Below, piece by piece: positions 1 to 9,119 of a DNA stretch of 64,000 nucleotides. The position numbers were made by a program, and so were the translations under genes. How positions within the stretch are numbered: the stretch's first letter is position 1; every line of letters starts with the position of its first letter. The DNA comes from an uncultured virus (IMG/VR IMGVR_UViG_3300042879_004844) (taxonomy: Duplodnaviria > Heunggongvirae > Uroviricota > Caudoviricetes): IMG/VR virus record IMGVR_UViG_3300042879_004844. One strand, written 5' to 3'. The notes under the pieces were generated by a model that was not told where the DNA came from, did not search any database, and was given only the letters and a program-made list of their open reading frames with translations.

Positions 1-1018
1 GAATGGTAAAAGTCCACACCGATCCGCTGCCGCCCGTTGCGCCTGCTGGGGCGGTTGCGTAGTAGAAGTCGAAGACTTGGTTGGACAGTGCGATGGTTCC
101 GGAGCTATCGGGGACGGTGAGCGTGCAGGTCTGGCCGGCGCTGATGCCGGAGAGTTGGAAGGCTAGATTCTTGGAGCTGTCGCCGTTGTCGAACAGCCGG
201 AAATCGGCATCGTTGAAATCCGACTTACCGCCATTCCCGAAATAAGGCACGACTTTCCACCCCACCGTGGAGCCGACATAGACCAGCGTGAAGGCCGCAT
301 CTTCGACCTCGCAGGTCATATTCTCGGCCAAGGATTCGATGTTCGATCCGTTGCGGGCGATGGTGAGGTTGTTGGTGTCGAAGGTTCCTGCGTAGTCGAG
401 GACGGTGACTGTGTCGCCATTCGACGGGGTCGCGGGCAGCGTGAGGGTGAAGGCTCCGGCTGTGGTGTCGGCGGCAACTTTGTCTCCGGTGACGGCGTTC
501 GCGTTGGCGCTCAGGAGGCGGTAGTCGGAGACGGCGATTCTTCCGTCACGATTCGGCGCATCGAGGGTTCTGGTGGTCCCGGAAGATATTCCAGAGACAT
601 CGAAGGCAAGTTCCTTCGTGGGATCTGCCGTGTCGTAGATCCTGAAATACTGGCTGTCGTTGACCGAGGGGAACTCTCCGGCATAGTCCCAGTCGGCCAG
701 GGTCCCGTTGTTAAAGAGCCTGACATAGATGCCGGCGGGCTTCCGATTGATGAACCAGACGCCGGAGTCCTCGCGAACGAGGTAGGCGGTGTTGACGGGC
801 GGGGTCCCGACGGTGACCGGGAGATCGGCGTAGAACTGGACAGACCCGTTGACGTATCCGGCTCCGCCGCCACCTCCTCCCTCTGAGATGGCCACGAGGG
901 CCGCGATCATGAGACGGCGCCAGGTGGCGGTGTCGAGGATGGCCGGAATCTGAGACGGGTCGACCCCGGCCGCCAGGAGTGCCAGGCGGCGGTATTCGGC
1001 GGTGTCTAGGACGCTCAT
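1..1018 (-). CDS. Tail fibre-like protein, runs off the window edge (absent from ORF track)
   Basis: Manual translation from ATG at 1018 (overlaps upstream stop) is open to base 1: MSVLDTAEYRRLALL...; T4 gp34-like segment ADTTAGAFTLTLPATPSNGDTVTVLDYAGTFDTNNLTIARNG; two copies of an FR(I/L)xDxxDxxKxLAFxxSGISxGxTxTL unit. Confidence 0.8.
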   Translation of the reverse strand, partial: MSVLDTAEYRRLALLAAGVDPSQIPAILDTATWRRLMIAALVAISEGGGGGGAGYVNGSVQFYADLPVTVGTPPVNTAYLVREDSGVWFINRKPAGIYVRLFNNGTLADWDYAGEFPSVNDSQYFRIYDTADPTKELAFDVSGISSGTTRTLDAPNRDGRIAVSDYRLLSANANAVTGDKVAADTTAGAFTLTLPATPSNGDTVTVLDYAGTFDTNNLTIARNGSNIESLAENMTCEVEDAAFTLVYVGSTVGWKVVPYFGNGGKSDFNDADFRLFDNGDSSKNLAFQLSGISAGQTCTLTVPDSSGTIALSNQVFDFYYATAPAGATGGSGSVWTFTI

Positions 1019-1353
1019 GGCCTGAGGTGCTGGGTCACGGACTTCTCGAGAGACTGGATGGACTTGTCGATGCTGTGGAGATCAGAATTGATGGCCGTGA
1101 AGTGGCGCTCTCGGACGACGCGCTCGTCTCGCAGTTCTGCGATGAAGGCGTCGCGTGACTTGTCGAGGTGTCGGATGAATTCCGGGGCCACTCTCATGAG
1201 GACATACACTGCCGCGAAGGCGATGATTCCAAAACTCCCGAGTTCCACGACGGGTCTCAGCCAGCCGAGATCGAATGTCGGGGTGCTCGTGGCGAAGAGC
1301 CCGGTGACGCCGGCAAGAATGCTTCCGGCCGCTAGTTTTGCCTCGAAGATCAT
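1015..1353 (-). CDS. Small membrane protein, holin-like
   Basis: Two hydrophobic segments followed by a charged coiled-coil-like C-terminus; coupled to both neighbours. Confidence 0.5.
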   Translation of the reverse strand: MIFEAKLAAGSILAGVTGLFATSTPTFDLGWLRPVVELGSFGIIAFAAVYVLMRVAPEFIRHLDKSRDAFIAELRDERVVRERHFTAINSDLHSIDKSIQSLEKSVTQHLRP

Positions 1354-1724
1354 TTCAGGTATTCGGCCGAGGTGATCGGCCCGTAGAGGTTTCGGCTGGT
1401 GTTTGCCGCCCAGGCGACGGCGCGGGGATCGTCCCTGTAGGCGCGGACTCTGGTGCTTCCCCAGTCGCGGTCATAGGCCCATAGCTGGTTTTTGGCCGGC
1501 GGATAGAGATAGACGGCATAGGCATGCCCGCGTGGCCTCTGATTTTCAGTCCAGTGAACGACCAGCACTTCGGACCACACGCCGCTCCTGGTCAACCCCT
1601 CGCGCATCGTGATGGCGGCCGGGAGACAGGCGTTGACCTGCCGCTCGACCTCGCGCTCCGGGTTCTTTGGAGTCGAGGTGCAGGCCGCAAGAAAAAGAAT
1701 CGCGACTGCCGCCAGATTTTTCAT
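1350..1724 (-). CDS. Predicted lipoprotein with transglutaminase/papain-like Cys-His-Asp triad
   Basis: Lipobox-like FLAAC at the N-terminus; NAC, GHAYAVY and WAYD motifs in catalytic order. Confidence 0.55.
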   Translation of the reverse strand: MKNLAAVAILFLAACTSTPKNPEREVERQVNACLPAAITMREGLTRSGVWSEVLVVHWTENQRPRGHAYAVYLYPPAKNQLWAYDRDWGSTRVRAYRDDPRAVAWAANTSRNLYGPITSAEYLK

Positions 1725-2263
1725 TGAGTCCAGCCGCGGATGATTCCGTTTGTGATTGAGACGACGTTGGTGTTTGTTCCCGCGACAAAAGTGATGTTTG
1801 TCGTGATTCCCATGTTGGTCGGGCGTGTCACGATCGCCGTGGCCCGATCATACATGACTGAGGCCAACGAGGCAGCCACAGTTCCCGTGACAGTAGTCGT
1901 GTTGGTATTTGCGCCCGCGCTCGTGAGCGTCACCGTGTTGGTGAATGTCCCGACATTTGATCCGCTCATCCTCACCCACAAGAGGGCGTTGGAGGAATTG
2001 CTCGCCATTGACAGGGTATTGGTGAAGGCGGTGTTGTTCGTCGATACTTGCCAGTTTGTAGAGTCGGAAAGAGCCACCGTGATGTTGGTCGTGAGATTGG
2101 ATGCTGTCACCCGAAACGCCTTGCTCGCGTTGGTTATGCCCTGAAATCCCGAAAACGAAGTAGACCAAGGAACCGTCAAGTCATTGGTGTTTGTGGCGAT
2201 GGTCTGTCCCAAAAGCGATGAAGACATCGCCAGCAATGCTAAAAGTATATTTTTAAGGTTCAT
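1721..2263 (-). CDS. Thr/Asn-rich beta-strand protein with signal-peptide-like N-terminus
   Basis: ATG at 2263 gives MNLKNILLALLAMSSSLLGQ; many TN dipeptides; Ig-like strand pattern. Confidence 0.6.
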   Translation of the reverse strand: MNLKNILLALLAMSSSLLGQTIATNTNDLTVPWSTSFSGFQGITNASKAFRVTASNLTTNITVALSDSTNWQVSTNNTAFTNTLSMASNSSNALLWVRMSGSNVGTFTNTVTLTSAGANTNTTTVTGTVAASLASVMYDRATAIVTRPTNMGITTNITFVAGTNTNVVSITNGIIRGWTQ

Positions 2264-5213
2264 AAGCTCCAAGTGGTCTCCATTGATCTCCCGCTCTCAC
2301 ATATACGGTGCTAGAAGCATCGCCGTCAGTTCTAAGATATATAGAACCATTGGGCGCGGTCGCACTGGGTGCGCCTGTGCCCGAAAGAACATTGGTTAAG
2401 TTGTATTGATCTAGCGAGGTAATCGTCAGATTTGTGTCAACTGGTTTATTTGAGCCGACATTAAATATCTTGACAGCGGCGGTTTGGCCAGAAGCTTCGG
2501 CAATACATCTGTCTTGCGCGGCATCCATATTAAAGATGCAATTGTAAACCTCGTTACCTGATCCAGAAAATACCAGCCTTGTGTTTTTAAATGTTGTGTT
2601 TGTTATTAAACAATTAGAACTTAAAAGAATGTTTGGATTTGTCTCTCCAGACGGAGCATAAATTCTGCAATTTTCAATTGTGACGTTAGCCGCCTCAGTC
2701 AAATTAAACAGTCTACCAACAATGGTCGTGTCTTTGAATATGGCATTAGTCCCAGGAAGACCTTGAGCGCTAAATCCTCCGAGCCATTGGCACTCATAAC
2801 ACTCTCCGCCAAACACCCCCTGAGTATTTGAACCATAAAATGGATGCGCCGAAAAACAGCGAATAAATTTCGCTCTATGCGTCCAAGCTCCGCTTGCCAC
2901 AATTGTGCCAGATCCCTCTTTTTCAAAAATAATATTTTCAAAGACAATGCCAATTCCGTTAGATTGCTGCAATGCCACACGCCCAGTCGCTCCAACAATT
3001 GTTATGTTTTTGAAAGTGATATAGTCAGATTGAGATGAAATATTGAAAGTATATGATTGTGAATTTTTAATGCGAATGCTATCTGGCGAACAGAGACCAA
3101 CAATATCTACTCCATCTATCACATTAAAATTTCCAGCAACGTCTTCACCAGTGTTACTGGTTCCAGCAGAAATATCATATTCTCCAGCATCAACATATAC
3201 CGCGAATCTGTTGGTTGCAGATTTTTCGACATAGTTTGGGTTGGCCCCTTTTGCGGCCAACAAGGCTCTAGTCAACTCGAGTCCATTCAGCAAAACAGAC
3301 TTGTTTCCACGAACAATGCAAGATCTTGCGTTCCGACAGTATTCAAATCTTTGTATTCCATTCTGATCTGTGTTGTTTTCAGAAACCCAAGAATCCACGT
3401 TTGGCCCAAATTCATTGCCATTAAATTGAATGTTTGTGTGGATTACATTATCCTTAAAAACTGCTTGTTTTGCACGCGAAACATACCAACCAAGTTCTGG
3501 GCCAGCGGTTCCATCATAAGTATCGAGATAATTGCTTGTAACAAAAACATTGTTGACATATGTGAATCTTCCAGCAACACCACCAATAATGTTATTGATA
3601 GATTGTCTGAAGGTGTTGTTGTGGACACGAAGATTGTCAAGACGCCTTAAAACTCCAAGACCACCATCTCCAGCATCACCAAATGTTATATTTATTGATC
3701 TCTGACAATTCCTGAAATAATTACTCTCAATAATGAGATTTCCGTTATTCCAGCTATCACCATTGAATCCAGCGCCAATATTTACAATGTGATTATTTTG
3801 CACATACAGAGTATCAAAAGTTCCTCCGGCGATAATCCCCATGCTTCCTTCATAAAACTGATTTGGCTGATTATAGTTTGTGGCCGTTCCTTCTGGATAA
3901 GACCCAACAACTGAATTGTTTTGAATCCAAGCATTTCCCCCTCCATCAATTCTCCCAATCACGGCGGCAGTAATTGTGGTAAAATCTATTGGAGAACCAT
4001 TAGGCGTTAAAGATAGTTGAAAGTTATTTCCGTTTACGCCGACAACATAATATGTGGTATCTATTGCAAACGGAGAACCTCCAGTTATCGATAGAAATCT
4101 TACTTGGTGTCCATTTTGAAAATAAGGAAATCCAACACTGAGCGTATTGTTAGAGGCATCTGATGAGGCAACGGATCGAACTTGTTGCTGGGTGCTTGTT
4201 CCAAAAAGGCTGATATAGGTAGCGTAGGTTCCCTGTTCAGTCTGTCTTAATGTGGCAGAAGGCTGATTCTGCGATTGATTGACTGTATATGTCCCAACGC
4301 CGCCAGCGGTTCCAGAAATTTGTGCCGTGATCAAAGTTCCTTCCAAAATAGACCCGCTGCTTAATAGCAATTCTCCGATTTTATTGATGCCGATTGTTCC
4401 AGAAGTGATGCTTGTGACCGTTAGTGTTGTTCCATTAATGCTGCCCGTAAATACTGCCCCAATCCCAACAACGGGAAGTTCCACAACATTATCTCGGATA
4501 ATTGCATTTCTTCCGCGAATAACAATAGGAAATGATTCTACTAAAGCTTTTCCGCTTCCTCCAAATTGAATCACCCTGCATTTTTTTACAGTGCAATTAT
4601 TTCCGTCTAAATTCATAGCACCAATAATCTTGCCGTAAGCCCTCAAAGTCTGCCAATTGCAATCAAATGTTATGTTGGAAATTGTCAAGTTGTTGCCCAC
4701 GCTATTTAAAAGAGCGCCACTGCCATCCGCGGTTGCTGCCCGAGCTTTTACCGTGACACTTGTTTTATCTTCTCCAACAAAAGAAACATTTGTGTGGTAG
4801 GTGAAATTTGCATCTTTCAGATAGGTTCCTCGTGGAAAATAAAGAACTCCGCCACCGATAGAAGTAAGATATGCCGCTGCGGCATTGATTGCCGCTGTAT
4901 CATCAGCCACGCCATCGCCTGCGGCCCCAAAGTCTTTGACGTTTACTGTTTCGGCAAATCTGTTAGCTAAAGTTCTTGCTGTAGTAGACCCAGTAGCAAC
5001 AATGGGAGCTATCGTTGGATTAGGATATGTGCCCGCAAGCCCGCCTCCCGCGGGCTTGCCTTGCAGACCCTCAACAGGAAATCCCCCGACAGTTGCTCCA
5101 TCATGAACCACCGGGACCTTCTTGTCGGTATCAACCGTGACCTCGCCGGGTGCTCCTGTGAAAACCGCATGCTGCGCCGTCGTTCCGCGTCTGAGTTGTA
5201 GTTGGCTTGCCAT
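2253..5213 (-). CDS. Tailspike / beta-helix depolymerase-like receptor-binding protein
   Basis: N-terminal LQLRRGTTAQH...GEVTVDTDKK...HDG (Mtd_N-like); VNVKDFGAAGDGVADDTAAINAA pectate-lyase-3-type start; Asn/Ile-rich beta-helix repeats; visibly AT-rich. Confidence 0.8.
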   Translation of the reverse strand: MASQLQLRRGTTAQHAVFTGAPGEVTVDTDKKVPVVHDGATVGGFPVEGLQGKPAGGGLAGTYPNPTIAPIVATGSTTARTLANRFAETVNVKDFGAAGDGVADDTAAINAAAAYLTSIGGGVLYFPRGTYLKDANFTYHTNVSFVGEDKTSVTVKARAATADGSGALLNSVGNNLTISNITFDCNWQTLRAYGKIIGAMNLDGNNCTVKKCRVIQFGGSGKALVESFPIVIRGRNAIIRDNVVELPVVGIGAVFTGSINGTTLTVTSITSGTIGINKIGELLLSSGSILEGTLITAQISGTAGGVGTYTVNQSQNQPSATLRQTEQGTYATYISLFGTSTQQQVRSVASSDASNNTLSVGFPYFQNGHQVRFLSITGGSPFAIDTTYYVVGVNGNNFQLSLTPNGSPIDFTTITAAVIGRIDGGGNAWIQNNSVVGSYPEGTATNYNQPNQFYEGSMGIIAGGTFDTLYVQNNHIVNIGAGFNGDSWNNGNLIIESNYFRNCQRSINITFGDAGDGGLGVLRRLDNLRVHNNTFRQSINNIIGGVAGRFTYVNNVFVTSNYLDTYDGTAGPELGWYVSRAKQAVFKDNVIHTNIQFNGNEFGPNVDSWVSENNTDQNGIQRFEYCRNARSCIVRGNKSVLLNGLELTRALLAAKGANPNYVEKSATNRFAVYVDAGEYDISAGTSNTGEDVAGNFNVIDGVDIVGLCSPDSIRIKNSQSYTFNISSQSDYITFKNITIVGATGRVALQQSNGIGIVFENIIFEKEGSGTIVASGAWTHRAKFIRCFSAHPFYGSNTQGVFGGECYECQWLGGFSAQGLPGTNAIFKDTTIVGRLFNLTEAANVTIENCRIYAPSGETNPNILLSSNCLITNTTFKNTRLVFSGSGNEVYNCIFNMDAAQDRCIAEASGQTAAVKIFNVGSNKPVDTNLTITSLDQYNLTNVLSGTGAPSATAPNGSIYLRTDGDASSTVYVRAGDQWRPLGAYEP

Positions 5214-5225
5214 ATTCTGATGCTT

Positions 5226-5585
5226 TTAATTATATCCCACCGAGCCCAGATCATACATGAAAAAGAGAATCTGATCAGCAACAAACCCCATGTCGAAGGG
5301 AAAGGTGAGTGCCGGCTGGCCATATGCAAATGCCGCCCACTGTGCATCTCCCGGTGTAGAATCCATGCACATCCATACGATCTGGGTCTGCTGGTAGTCC
5401 TGAAGCCAAACAGAACCTCGGCGATAGCCGGCATTGGCATCGTCAGACGGAGTCGGGGGACTGTCTGACCTGAGATTACTGCGACGGACGAAGGACTGCC
5501 GACCCTCGAGACCAGTCGCGTAGTCACGAATGGTTGTGGCGCCGGGAAGATAGACCGACGGATCTAGGCTGGAGTCCTTGAACAT
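5226..5585 (-). CDS. Small virion protein (head decoration or fibre anchor-like)
   Basis: Directly after the capsid gene; PTPSDDANAGYRRGSVW...WMCMDSTPGDAQW motif typical of phage fibre N-termini. Confidence 0.5.
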   Translation of the reverse strand: MFKDSSLDPSVYLPGATTIRDYATGLEGRQSFVRRSNLRSDSPPTPSDDANAGYRRGSVWLQDYQQTQIVWMCMDSTPGDAQWAAFAYGQPALTFPFDMGFVADQILFFMYDLGSVGYN

Positions 5586-5612
5586 GTCTCAGGTTTCTTT
5601 TCTGGGTCGATT

Positions 5613-5660
5613 ATCGGAGAGGGGGCTTCCCACTGCTTGCCCGCTGACCCCCTCCCCGAT
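5613..5660 (-). other. GC-rich stem-loop downstream of the major capsid gene
   Basis: Inverted repeat ATCGGAGAGGGGG...CCCCCTCCCCGAT; no clear U-tract, so attenuator or stabiliser rather than a certain terminator. Confidence 0.55.
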
Positions 5661-5673
5661 GTATCGAACCAGA

Positions 5674-6882
5674 TTAGAGTCCCGTTGAACTGGTCAGGCA
5701 GGTCTCGAGGCCGGTGTCGAAGGTGCAGCGCTTGTAGGCGAAGGGCACCACGGCATGCGGCCGGATCGGCTGGTATGCCCGGCTGATCTGGTAGATGTGC
5801 TGCCCGTAGTCGAGGAACAGGTTGCAGTCGTTGTCACGCTGCGCGACCCATTCGAGCTCGCCCATGTGGAGCTGAGGCGCGAACTTGAACGATCCCTCGC
5901 CGGTGTAGCGCTCGGGCGTGAGCCGCGAGAAGCTGTCGCCGGCAACGAGGAAGCCGATCTCATACTGCGCCGAGACCCACGCGGGGTTGCGACGAGAACC
6001 CTTGCCGTTGGTGACGGACACGCCGATTTCAGGCTCGATCAGGATGGGCTGACCGCTGCCGTTGAGGGCGTTGAAGCGCAGAGGCTGGCTGTCGACGCCG
6101 AGGGCGAATCCGCGATACCCCTGGAACGAGTAACCCGTGAGGGCCTCATTGCCGAGGCGGAACGAACCGGCCGTGACATAGAGCAGGTCTTCCTTGACGT
6201 CTGCGTCGTTGCGGAAGGCTTCAATCTGGTCGATCGAGGCGATCACCATGAAGAAGTCACCGCGCTCGGTGCCGAAGGGCTCCGCGAGGAGATCCTCACG
6301 CAGGAGAGTTCCGAGCTTGTAGAGCGTGCGGAAGTTCATCTGCGCGTCGGGCAGCGAGTTGTAGAACGGAGTGTCGATCTGCTGGGAATCGCCGGTGACA
6401 AGATTGTCAAAGGAGACGCCCTTCTTGGCGACGAACTTGACACCGGAGCGACGCAGGAGCGTGGCACGGATGTCGGAGTTCATGATCTGCAGGATTCCCT
6501 TTTCCAGGGCCATCTGGGCCTGGAGATAGGCGCCCTTGAACGCGGTGCGACTGGTCTTCACGCAGACGCGAGGACCGCGGCCACGGAGGGACTGCAGCTG
6601 ATATTGGTATTCGGTCGAGCCGACTTCATCCGGGTCGGCGCCGACACCGCAGAGTTCGACGTCGTTGGTGAACGAGGGCTCTGAGAGCGATGCGTTCATC
6701 ACGGCGCGTTCCTGCACGACTGAGCGGACGACATCCGAGACATTCGGAATGGTTCCGCCCTTGAGGACGTTCATATACGGACTCTTGCGAGCCAGGACCT
6801 TTGCGATCTGGCCGACAATACGGTTGACGTCCTTGGCCGCGAAATTCTGTACGGCCGACAGATCAATACAATCATTAGGCAT
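5674..6882 (-). CDS. Major capsid protein
   Basis: 402 aa from ATG at 6882 (MPNDCIDLS); position after portal and scaffold; own promoter upstream and hairpin downstream; strongly biased codons. Confidence 0.7.
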   Translation of the reverse strand: MPNDCIDLSAVQNFAAKDVNRIVGQIAKVLARKSPYMNVLKGGTIPNVSDVVRSVVQERAVMNASLSEPSFTNDVELCGVGADPDEVGSTEYQYQLQSLRGRGPRVCVKTSRTAFKGAYLQAQMALEKGILQIMNSDIRATLLRRSGVKFVAKKGVSFDNLVTGDSQQIDTPFYNSLPDAQMNFRTLYKLGTLLREDLLAEPFGTERGDFFMVIASIDQIEAFRNDADVKEDLLYVTAGSFRLGNEALTGYSFQGYRGFALGVDSQPLRFNALNGSGQPILIEPEIGVSVTNGKGSRRNPAWVSAQYEIGFLVAGDSFSRLTPERYTGEGSFKFAPQLHMGELEWVAQRDNDCNLFLDYGQHIYQISRAYQPIRPHAVVPFAYKRCTFDTGLETCLTSSTGL

Positions 6883-7042
6883 ATTGCTTGTGCTTTCTAA
6901 CTGAGGTTTAGGTTTGAATGGCAACGTGTCTTCAGACGCGTCGTCGTTCTCTCTGTCCTCGGCACGTTAGGACTGTGTGCGGCCTGTTTGCAGCGGCTGG
7001 ACCGCGGCTCCCCGATCGCTTTCGGCGATCAATCGCAAGAGC

Positions 7043-7071
7043 AAGCTATCCCTGCTGAGAGAGAATGGAAA
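7043..7071 (-). promoter_or_regulatory. Sigma70-like promoter for the capsid gene
   Basis: Minus strand TTTCCA-N17-TAGCTT with an upstream A-tract. Confidence 0.5.
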
Positions 7072-7798
7072 AGCTTTTTTTCTGCGAAGAAACCAGGCGT
7101 CGCCTCACCCAGTCGCGCGCGGTCGAATCCTTGACACCGTGCAGCCACACACAGTCGTCCTTCAGGAGATGCTCAAAGACAAAGGACTCGACGTTCCGGG
7201 CCTGGTAGAGATTTCTGATCTCCGAGATGTCCTCCCACCCGAGCTGATGAAACACGTTTGCCAGGTAGGTGTCCCAGGCGACTCTCGTGCTGCACCCCGC
7301 GAGGCGAGGATCGAGCGTCACGGTCAGCGGATCAAATAGGGCATTTCCGTTGATGTGCCCGACCCGGTGTTCGCCGTTCGGATGCCAACATCCGGCCACC
7401 ATGGACTCGGCCCGGTCCCAGGCGGCAAGAAGCCTCTGCGGCCAGTCGCGGACGAGCGGAACCGCGTCAGCCTCGGTCGTCAGGACGCAGTCATACTTCC
7501 ACTCTTTCGACCGATGCATTGCCGCCACGTGCTGCATCATGTCACACCAGACGCCGTTGGGACCAGCTGGAAATCCGGTCTCGTGACGCCTCGACCGATA
7601 CGGACGAACAACTGAAAAAGATTTGCCCAGCAGTTCCTCAAGCTCTCTTGGTCTCGGGCAGTCCCTGCGGTAGACGAGCATGGCGTCGACGTCCTGATAC
7701 GGGGTTCCGTCGGTAATCTCGGCGTGGAGTCTTGCCACCTCGGTCGCCATGTCGACGTCGCCGTGCCAGACCTGAAGAATGTAGAGAAGGCGGCTCAT
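7046..7798 (-). CDS. Glycosyltransferase-like protein (GT-A type)
   Basis: Likely start MSRLLYILQ at 7798 (ATGA overlap); GFPAGPN, TTEADAVP (DxD-like), HINGNALF and HGVKD motifs. Confidence 0.55.
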   Translation of the reverse strand: MSRLLYILQVWHGDVDMATEVARLHAEITDGTPYQDVDAMLVYRRDCPRPRELEELLGKSFSVVRPYRSRRHETGFPAGPNGVWCDMMQHVAAMHRSKEWKYDCVLTTEADAVPLVRDWPQRLLAAWDRAESMVAGCWHPNGEHRVGHINGNALFDPLTVTLDPRLAGCSTRVAWDTYLANVFHQLGWEDISEIRNLYQARNVESFVFEHLLKDDCVWLHGVKDSTARDWVRRRLVSSQKKSFSILSQQG

Positions 7799-8487
7799 TT
7801 CAGCGTCTCCTCGAGTTCGGCCCTCGCCGCGTCGATTCCTCCCCAGCTCCAGAACTGGCGGGCATGGACCCGCCCCTGCTCCGGAAGACGCCAGACAAAC
7901 TGGCCGTAAAAATACTTCCATGCGACGGCTCCGAGCACGTTGAATTCGCTGAAACTCCGGTGGGGACGAGAGATGACATACTTCTCGAATGGCATCCCGT
8001 GGATCTGCTCGATCAGCCGGCGCGTCTCGCCGTAGAGCCACCTGGGATACATGAAGGGATGACGGCGCATGAATTCATGTTCTGGGGCCCATCCAAGAAT
8101 CTCGGCCACGACCGGCTGCCACGGGCTGCCCGTCTTTTCATAGGGCTCGTGAAACAGAACGACCCGGCCGTCTTCCATGAAGTCCTCGGGCGACGTCTCT
8201 CTGGTCAGCATGACGTCCGAATCCATGTGCATGATTAGATCTGCGTCCGTGAACGTGTCGGCCAGCATCTTCGTGATCTGCTGCCCGATGTAGTCATCAT
8301 GATAGCGGGGACACTCATGGATGATCTCCTCGGTCAGGTGCCGAAGAGGACCAGAGTCTCCCTCTGGCACCACGATGTGCACCTTCCGAAATCCCCTGGC
8401 GTGGCGCCTGATCTGGTCAAGGCAGTGCCACAGCCAGCAGAAGTCACCGGGATAGGTCCTGATCAGGATGTCGGCGACGGGATGCAT
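7795..8487 (-). CDS. Glycosyltransferase-like protein
   Basis: QQITKM followed by IMHMDSDVML (DxD) and SEFNVLG, typical of nucleotide-diphospho-sugar transferases. Confidence 0.65.
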   Translation of the reverse strand: MHPVADILIRTYPGDFCWLWHCLDQIRRHARGFRKVHIVVPEGDSGPLRHLTEEIIHECPRYHDDYIGQQITKMLADTFTDADLIMHMDSDVMLTRETSPEDFMEDGRVVLFHEPYEKTGSPWQPVVAEILGWAPEHEFMRRHPFMYPRWLYGETRRLIEQIHGMPFEKYVISRPHRSFSEFNVLGAVAWKYFYGQFVWRLPEQGRVHARQFWSWGGIDAARAELEETLK

Positions 8488-9119
8488 AGGATGTCATACT
8501 GGAGGCCTCGCTCGGGCGGAAACGACCGCGTCGTGTAGCCGAGAGACCCGATGAACTCAAGAAGCTGGTCTGGCGTGGTGCCACGCCTCTCGAGAGCGTG
8601 CTCATTGACCTCGATCCACATGGACGGGCGGCATCGGCGAATCGTGTCGACGGCCCCGTGAAGGGCCTCGAGCTCGCATCCCTCGATGTCAAGCTTGATG
8701 AAGTCGCATCTCTCGAGGTTGATCGCATCAAGCGGGATCAGGTGGATCTCACCCGGGGTCTCAACGACGTGTCCGGCTCCGGCGTTGAGGGCCTGCGCGT
8801 ATCCAATCAGGCGTTCCTGGTCAGAGAGGCCTCCCTTCACGAGAATCGCCTCAGGACAGTTGTGCTCGAGACACTCGAGAGCCTCTGGATTGATCTCGAA
8901 GGCCACGACGTGCCCGTCTGGACCGACCCTGTCGAGATAGGCTCTCGTGTGATCTCCGATGAAGGCTCCGGCGTCGACCACCCAGTCTCCTGGCCTGACG
9001 TGCTCAAGGATGACCGGAAGAGCATATTGGTCATGGTCGAGACGACCCGCCTGCTCGACCCACGCCGAGATGTGGGTGTCGTGCTCGATGACGGCGATGT
9101 TGTTTGGCAGAATCTTCAT
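8463..9119 (-). CDS. FkbM-family SAM methyltransferase
   Basis: Start MKILPNN at 9119; VVDAGAFIGDHT, VVAFEINP, FIKLDIEGCELEALHGA and WIEVN motifs. Confidence 0.85.
   Translation of the reverse strand: MKILPNNIAVIEHDTHISAWVEQAGRLDHDQYALPVILEHVRPGDWVVDAGAFIGDHTRAYLDRVGPDGHVVAFEINPEALECLEHNCPEAILVKGGLSDQERLIGYAQALNAGAGHVVETPGEIHLIPLDAINLERCDFIKLDIEGCELEALHGAVDTIRRCRPSMWIEVNEHALERRGTTPDQLLEFIGSLGYTTRSFPPERGLQYDILCIPSPTS

Noticed and set aside
5050..5213. Mtd_N-like domain suggesting a diversity-generating retroelement
   Set aside because: No reverse transcriptase and no template/variable repeat pair recognised in the window
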